From Actinomycetota bacterium (GTDB taxonomy: Bacteria > Actinomycetota > Actinomycetes > JAKEEW01): a stretch of 36,920 nt of DNA. Below are positions 32,255 through 36,920 of this stretch, piece by piece (positions within the stretch are counted from its first letter, which is position 1; each line of letters begins with the position of its first letter). The stretch covers positions 1-36,920 of the forward strand of contig JBKOZJ010000193.1 in assembly GCA_046725875.1 (NCBI GenBank). The letters are read 5' to 3'. A program made the position numbers and the translations under genes. The notes beneath the pieces are model-generated. The model did no database searches. It saw only the letters and a list, made by a program, of their open reading frames with translations, and was not told the origin of the DNA.

Positions 32255-32479
32255 TCAGCGCATCGCGATGGCCAGAATCGCCAGCCCGGCCAGGACCACC
32301 AGGACCGTGATGAACACGGTCGCGTGGTATTGCGTCCGGCTCGGCTCGGGCAATCCGGCGGGGTTGCAGTCTTTGCAGACCGACCGGCCCCATGCCGTCG
32401 GCTTGCCGCAACGGACGCACTGGTCGAATGAGCGCATCGTGACTGCCGCCCTTCCCGGGGCCGCCTGCCGTTCAGGCAT
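32255..32479 (-). CDS. Small membrane-anchored CxxC-x10-CxxC metal-binding protein (hypothetical)
   Basis: CVRC..CKDC followed by NP.GL..P..TQYH and a C-terminal TM helix; ATG 32479 overlaps the ctaF-like stop, own stop abuts copCD start; alternative start 32437. Confidence 0.7.
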   Translation of the reverse strand: MPERQAAPGRAAVTMRSFDQCVRCGKPTAWGRSVCKDCNPAGLPEPSRTQYHATVFITVLVVLAGLAILAIAMR

Positions 32480-32921
32480 GATGCGGTCCACCTGCGAGGT
32501 CCGGGCTCTCCTCATGCGGCTCGGCCTCATCATGATGCCGCCATTGCTGGCGGACGTCGAGGATCCAGCCGATGCCCGCGGCGATGAAGAGCGCACCGCC
32601 GCCGACGAGCGCCCAAAGCGGCCCAACGGCCCCGACGACCAGGCCGATCGTGGCGAGGGCGATCACCAGCGGCCAGATGGTCGGACCGACATGGGGTTCG
32701 GCGTCCGGGCCACCTAGTGGCACCGCGGCGGCCTCCGCGGCGAGGGCGACCCGGGCCCGATGCACGGCAGAGACCAGGTAGGCGCCGACGAGAAGCGCAC
32801 CCCCAGCCACGATGAGCATCAGCGTAGTGCCCTCCCACTCGTAGGTAACCGCGCCGTAGATCACGCCGGTGACGAGGAGGAATCCGCCGAAGCCGAAGAT
32901 GATCCTCGAGAACAAGTTCAT
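32472..32921 (-). CDS. ctaF: Cytochrome c oxidase subunit IV (actinobacterial CtaF-like)
   Basis: 4 TM, Y....EWEGT and P.IWP motifs; GGAGG RBS before ATG 32921; operon position. Confidence 0.75.
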   Translation of the reverse strand: MNLFSRIIFGFGGFLLVTGVIYGAVTYEWEGTTLMLIVAGGALLVGAYLVSAVHRARVALAAEAAAVPLGGPDAEPHVGPTIWPLVIALATIGLVVGAVGPLWALVGGGALFIAAGIGWILDVRQQWRHHDEAEPHEESPDLAGGPHHA

Positions 32922-32972
32922 GGGCAGCCACCTCCGCTCGGCCAATGCCGGGAGCGACCCAAGGCACCCATA

Positions 32973-33581
32973 TCAGCCGGCCGGCGCCAAGTAGAGGATC
33001 AGGTAGATCGCGACGCCGAGGGCGACGACGAAATACCAATAGATACCCGCGGCCTGCACCGGATCTCGTTGCAGCGCCAGCTCACCGGCCCAGGCGCGGA
33101 CGAGGACCAGGGACAGCAGCACTACTCCGCCCACCACATGGGCCAGCTCCAGTCCCGTGATCGTGTAGAACAGGGATTCGTAGATCCCCTCCCCCACGCC
33201 GAATCCCAGCCCCTGGTAGCCGGCCGCCAGGAGGGCAACAAAGGCCACCGCACAGGCCACCGTCACACCGAGCCAGGGCATCATCCCGCGCGGGTAGTCG
33301 GGTCGACGGATCTTGCGCAGCACCCGAGACATGGAGACACCGCTGAGGAGCAGCACGACGGCCGCGATTGTCGGCTGCGCGAGCGCAGGTCCGGTGGCGC
33401 CGGCCGGCGGCCAGACATCCGCCTCCGTGTACGCCGTCATGTAGATGCCGAAGAACGCCGCGAAGAACACCCCTTCGGAGGCCACGAAGATGGTCATTGC
33501 GGTTACCGGACTGCCCGCATTTCGTACGGCCCGCCGGTCCAGCAGCTCGGGCGATGGCGCGGCGCCAGACTGGGTGCTCAT
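32973..33581 (-). CDS. ctaE: Heme-copper oxidase subunit III (divergent)
   Basis: F.ASE..FF..FF, WPP, LL.S, FY..TGL..AHV..G, YW.FV; ATGA overlap with subunit I. Confidence 0.85.
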   Translation of the reverse strand: MSTQSGAAPSPELLDRRAVRNAGSPVTAMTIFVASEGVFFAAFFGIYMTAYTEADVWPPAGATGPALAQPTIAAVVLLLSGVSMSRVLRKIRRPDYPRGMMPWLGVTVACAVAFVALLAAGYQGLGFGVGEGIYESLFYTITGLELAHVVGGVVLLSLVLVRAWAGELALQRDPVQAAGIYWYFVVALGVAIYLILYLAPAG

Positions 33582-35212
33582 GCCGTCACCCCTGACTCGG
33601 CAGTGGTGCTCAGCCGCAGGTCACGGACCGGTCGTTCGGACCTGATCTCGGGGAGTCTTTCAAAGTTGTAGGGAGGCGGTGGCGAAGTCGTAGCCCACTC
33701 CAGCGTGTTGCCCTGCCATGGATCGGCCGGTGCGGTGCGCGGCCTTCGCAGGGTTATGACGAGATTGGCCAGCGCGACCAGCATCCCCAAAGCGATGATG
33801 AAGGCGCCGATGGTCGCAACCACGTTGAGTGTCGTCCATCCCGCATCGCTGGGATAGAACGCGACCCGGCGCGGCATGCCCTGCAGGCCCAGGTAGTGCA
33901 TTGGGAAGAACGTCAAGTTGAACCCGATGAACTGGAGCCAGAAGTGCGCGTAACCCAGCCGCCGGTCGAGGTAGCGGCCGGTTATCTTCGGGAACCAGTA
34001 GTACATCGCGGCCATGATCGCGAAGAGGCTGCCGCCGAACAGCACGTAGTGAATGTGCGCGACGACGAAATACGTGTCGTGGATCGCGTAGTCCATCGCC
34101 GGGGAAGCCATCCACACGCCGTCGATCCCGCCGATCAGGAAGAGCGCGACGAACCCGAGCGCGAAGAGCATCGGCGGCTCGAACCGGAGCTTCCCCCGCC
34201 ACATGGTGAACAGCCAGTTCAGGAACAGCACGCCGGTCGGCACGGAGATTACCTCCGTGGTCACGGAGAAGAACGAATCATCGACGAGGCCGGTGGTGTA
34301 CATGTGATGGCCCCACACGGTGAACGACAGGGCTACCACGAGCATCAGGGCGAGAATGACTCCGCGATAGCCGAACAGCGGCTTGCCGCTGAATACCGGG
34401 ATGATCTCGGAGACGATTCCCCAGGCGCCCATGATGAGCATGTAGACCTCGGGGTGCCCGAAGAACCAGAACGTGTTCAGGTAGTTGAACACGCTGCCGC
34501 CGTGGGCTGGATCGAGGAAGACGGTTCCGAGGTGGCGGTCGGCGAACAGGATTATGAGCACCGCCGTCAGGGCCGGGACCGCCAGCACCACCAGGATCGA
34601 GGTGCTTAGCGTCGCCCAGGTGAAGATTGGTACCCGCGTCATGCTCATTCCCGGCGCCCGCATCCGGAGCACCGTCACGATGAAGTTGATCGCGCCGAGC
34701 AGTGAGCTGGTTCCCACCACCAGCAGGCCCAGGATCCAAAGATCCTGCCCGGTTCCCTCCTGCAGCGCGAGCGGCACGTAATTCGTCCAGCCGGCCGCGG
34801 CCGGGCCGTCCTTGGTGAGATATCCGGCGAGGATCGTGAGTCCACCAACGGGCAGCAGCCAGAACGACAACGCGTTTATCCGGGGGAAGGCCATGTCGAG
34901 CGCGCCGATCTGCAGCGGCACGAAGTAGTTGCCGAAGCCGGACAGCAGCGGGAGTATCACGAGGAAGATCATGATCGTCCCGTGCATGGTGAAGGTCTCG
35001 TTGTACGCCTGCGGCGAGAGAACCGTGTTGTCCGGTTGCGCCAGCTGCGTCCGGATCACCATCGCCAGAGCGCCGGCGATGGCGAAGAACGCGAACGAAT
35101 TGAAGAGGTACAGTATTCCGATCTTCTTGTGATCGGTGGTCGTCAACCAGGCGAGTGCCCGCGCGGGGCGCGGCTGCGGTGCCCGTGCCGGCGCCCGAGC
35201 GATTACCGTCAT
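33578..35212 (-). CDS. ctaD: Heme-copper oxidase subunit I, A1-type but lacking the K-pathway lysine
   Basis: TTDHK.IG, H77, D106 (DMAFPRIN), FGHPEVY, WGHHM, HDTYFVVAHIHY, GMPRR; PTGVL in place of PTGVK. Confidence 0.93.
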   Translation of the reverse strand: MTVIARAPARAPQPRPARALAWLTTTDHKKIGILYLFNSFAFFAIAGALAMVIRTQLAQPDNTVLSPQAYNETFTMHGTIMIFLVILPLLSGFGNYFVPLQIGALDMAFPRINALSFWLLPVGGLTILAGYLTKDGPAAAGWTNYVPLALQEGTGQDLWILGLLVVGTSSLLGAINFIVTVLRMRAPGMSMTRVPIFTWATLSTSILVVLAVPALTAVLIILFADRHLGTVFLDPAHGGSVFNYLNTFWFFGHPEVYMLIMGAWGIVSEIIPVFSGKPLFGYRGVILALMLVVALSFTVWGHHMYTTGLVDDSFFSVTTEVISVPTGVLFLNWLFTMWRGKLRFEPPMLFALGFVALFLIGGIDGVWMASPAMDYAIHDTYFVVAHIHYVLFGGSLFAIMAAMYYWFPKITGRYLDRRLGYAHFWLQFIGFNLTFFPMHYLGLQGMPRRVAFYPSDAGWTTLNVVATIGAFIIALGMLVALANLVITLRRPRTAPADPWQGNTLEWATTSPPPPYNFERLPEIRSERPVRDLRLSTTAESGVTA

Positions 35213-35251
35213 TGTCGTACCACCCCTATCTCGAGTCCTCCACGCGCGCGG

Positions 35252-36349
35252 TTATTTCGCCGGCCCGATGATCAGGGTTCCGCTCATCGCCGGACCGTGG
35301 ATGTCGCATTGGAAGTAGTACCTTCCGGGCTTCAGCGCCGGGACGGTGAAGGTCTTGGTTACTGGTCCGGTGAAGTCCGGCGTGATGTAGAACTGGTGCT
35401 TGGTTTTCGGGCTGTCCCAGATCGCAAAGTTGTGGGCTATCTGGTTGTCCTCATTCTTGATCGTGATTTGGAACGGCTTTCCGGCCAGGACTGCGAGGCA
35501 GTTCTTGTCCCAAGTGATTTGGTGCGCGACCAGCTCTAGGGTCGACCCGGTCGGTTTGCACTCGCCCCCGTGGGCCGCTGCCTTCTTCTGCTGCTCGACC
35601 CAGGAAAGGAACTCCGCCTGGGGCACGACCTTGACTACGAAGGTCATCTGAGCGTGCCATAGCCCGCAGAACTGCGCACACTGGCCGCGATAGGTCCCGA
35701 GCTTTGACGGTGTGACCGTGAAGACGTTCGGGTGCCCTGGTACCGCGTTCTTCATATACAACAGGTCAGGCACGTAGAACTCGTGGATCACATCCGTGGA
35801 TCGAAGCTCGATCCGGGTCGGCGTGTCGACCGGCAACTCCATCATGAGTGGCTGCTTGAGGGTCTTCCCAGTGACCGTGAACTCCTCGTTGACGTAGTTC
35901 GCCGACCACTCCCATTGGAATGCGTTGATCACAAGCCGTTCACCAGGGTTCGGGTCGTTGCGATCGACCCGGGCTACTGCCACCTCCCCGACCGCAAGCA
36001 GCACGATGATGACCGCGAGCGGCCCGGCGAAGAATGCCGCCAGTGCAGTGTTGTTGCCGGCGTGCTGCACCGGCTCGGACTCGTCACCGCGCCGCCTGCG
36101 GAACCGGACCACTGAGATGAGCAGCATGCCCTCGACGAACAGAAACACCGGGAGCGCGAGCCAGAGGACGATGTAGAAGAGTCCGTGCACGGTCTCGGAC
36201 TTCGACGAGATCCCCGGCTTCACGCAGGCGGATGTCAACAGCAGCGACCCGAGGAGGCCTACCATCCGCAGCCGCCGGCTGAAGCCGGTGGCTGCGGAGG
36301 TCGTTGTCCGACGGGTCCGCTCGCGGTAACGCGCGGGCCAACGCATCAT
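35252..36349 (-). CDS. ctaC: Heme-copper oxidase subunit II (CuA) fused to a C-terminal type-1 blue copper domain
   Basis: Lipobox-like LTSAC, 2 TM, QWEW, DVIH, CAQFCGLWHAQM; then AHNF...YYFQCDIHGPAM.G cupredoxin. Confidence 0.9.
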   Translation of the reverse strand: MMRWPARYRERTRRTTTSAATGFSRRLRMVGLLGSLLLTSACVKPGISSKSETVHGLFYIVLWLALPVFLFVEGMLLISVVRFRRRRGDESEPVQHAGNNTALAAFFAGPLAVIIVLLAVGEVAVARVDRNDPNPGERLVINAFQWEWSANYVNEEFTVTGKTLKQPLMMELPVDTPTRIELRSTDVIHEFYVPDLLYMKNAVPGHPNVFTVTPSKLGTYRGQCAQFCGLWHAQMTFVVKVVPQAEFLSWVEQQKKAAAHGGECKPTGSTLELVAHQITWDKNCLAVLAGKPFQITIKNEDNQIAHNFAIWDSPKTKHQFYITPDFTGPVTKTFTVPALKPGRYYFQCDIHGPAMSGTLIIGPAK

Positions 36350-36350
36350 C

Positions 36351-36920
36351 TCAAGAGACCGTGAATCCCTTGACCATGCCGATGGAGGCGTGCACGGGGC
36401 CGGTGCCGCCGCCGGCCTTACCGTCCTCCCAGCAACTGATCACGTAATTGCCGGGCGGCAAGTTGAACGACCCTACGCTGGTTCCGCCGGTGTCGACGTC
36501 GGCGATCTCCCCGAACCCTAGGTAGTCCCCTTCGCCGTCGGGGCCTTTCGCCTTGGCGGAGGCCACCACGTCGTCCGCGGTCTTACCGGCGGGGACGCCG
36601 AGCAGGACCAGCTCGTGGGTGATGTCGAAGGTTTCCTTGTTGGAGAAAACGATGTTGAACGGCTGGTTCGCCGGCACCGTGTCCGGCATGCCCTGATAGG
36701 TGAAGTTGGCCACCGACACCTGGTAGGTCTTCGGGGCGGCAGCACCTTGCGCAGTGGCCGACGAGGATGCGGTGAACGCCTTGACCATGCCGATGGAGGC
36801 GTGCACGGGGCCGGTGCCGCCGCCGGCCTTGCCGTCCTCCCAGCAACTGATCACGTAATTGCCGGCCGGCAGGCTGAAGGTATGCACGCCGGTACCGCCG
36901 GTGTCGACGTCGGCGATCTC
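36351..36920 (-). CDS. Tandem-domain blue copper protein (azurin/auracyanin/sulfocyanin-like), 5' end outside window
   Basis: Frame is open to the window edge; HELV...L.PGNYVISC-x13-H-x4-M; the Cys/His/Met segment occurs twice. Confidence 0.85.
   Translation of the reverse strand, partial: EIADVDTGGTGVHTFSLPAGNYVISCWEDGKAGGGTGPVHASIGMVKAFTASSSATAQGAAAPKTYQVSVANFTYQGMPDTVPANQPFNIVFSNKETFDITHELVLLGVPAGKTADDVVASAKAKGPDGEGDYLGFGEIADVDTGGTSVGSFNLPPGNYVISCWEDGKAGGGTGPVHASIGMVKGFTVS
36368..36920. repeat. Intragenic direct repeat, 411-bp period
   Basis: 36368-36454 matches 36779-36865 with a single mismatch, and similarity continues to the window end. Confidence 0.92.

Noticed and set aside
33578..35212. 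Subunit I as a pseudogene or as a NO reductase
   Set aside because: The ORF is intact with all ligands; the retained HPEVY Tyr and D-pathway do not match known NOR families
36351..36887. ORF-track start at 36887 for the cupredoxin
   Set aside because: The frame stays open and repeat homology continues to the window edge, so the true start lies outside

Overview
High-GC actinobacterial chromosome segment with two parts. Positions 1-26200 are mostly conserved core genes: ABC exporter end, ctaA, DUF192 lipoprotein, ctaB, tkt-tal-pgi-zwf-opcA-pgl, an inserted GH13 alpha-glucosidase/MalR-like LacI/DHFR-like trio, rbpA-secG-tpiA-pgk-gap-whiA-yvcK-rapZ-uvrC and a Tat-exported Rieske lipoprotein. 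Positions ~26400-36920 are an accessory copper/redox cluster running off the right edge: di-heme cytochrome b, His-rich lipoprotein, TlpA, OmpR-type two-component system, CopC-CopD fusion, small CxxC..CxxC membrane protein, a four-subunit heme-copper oxidase and a tandem blue-copper protein. The main finding is the oxidase. It is A1-type with all metal ligands, the cross-link Tyr and the D-pathway intact, but lacks both the K-pathway Lys (subunit I) and the K-entry Glu (subunit II). It has two new intramembrane carboxylates and a type-1 copper domain fused to subunit II where caa3 enzymes carry cytochrome c. A 79-bp tripartite palindromic intergenic repeat occurs three times. All assignments come from motif recognition by eye; no database searches were run, and many start codons are best estimates.
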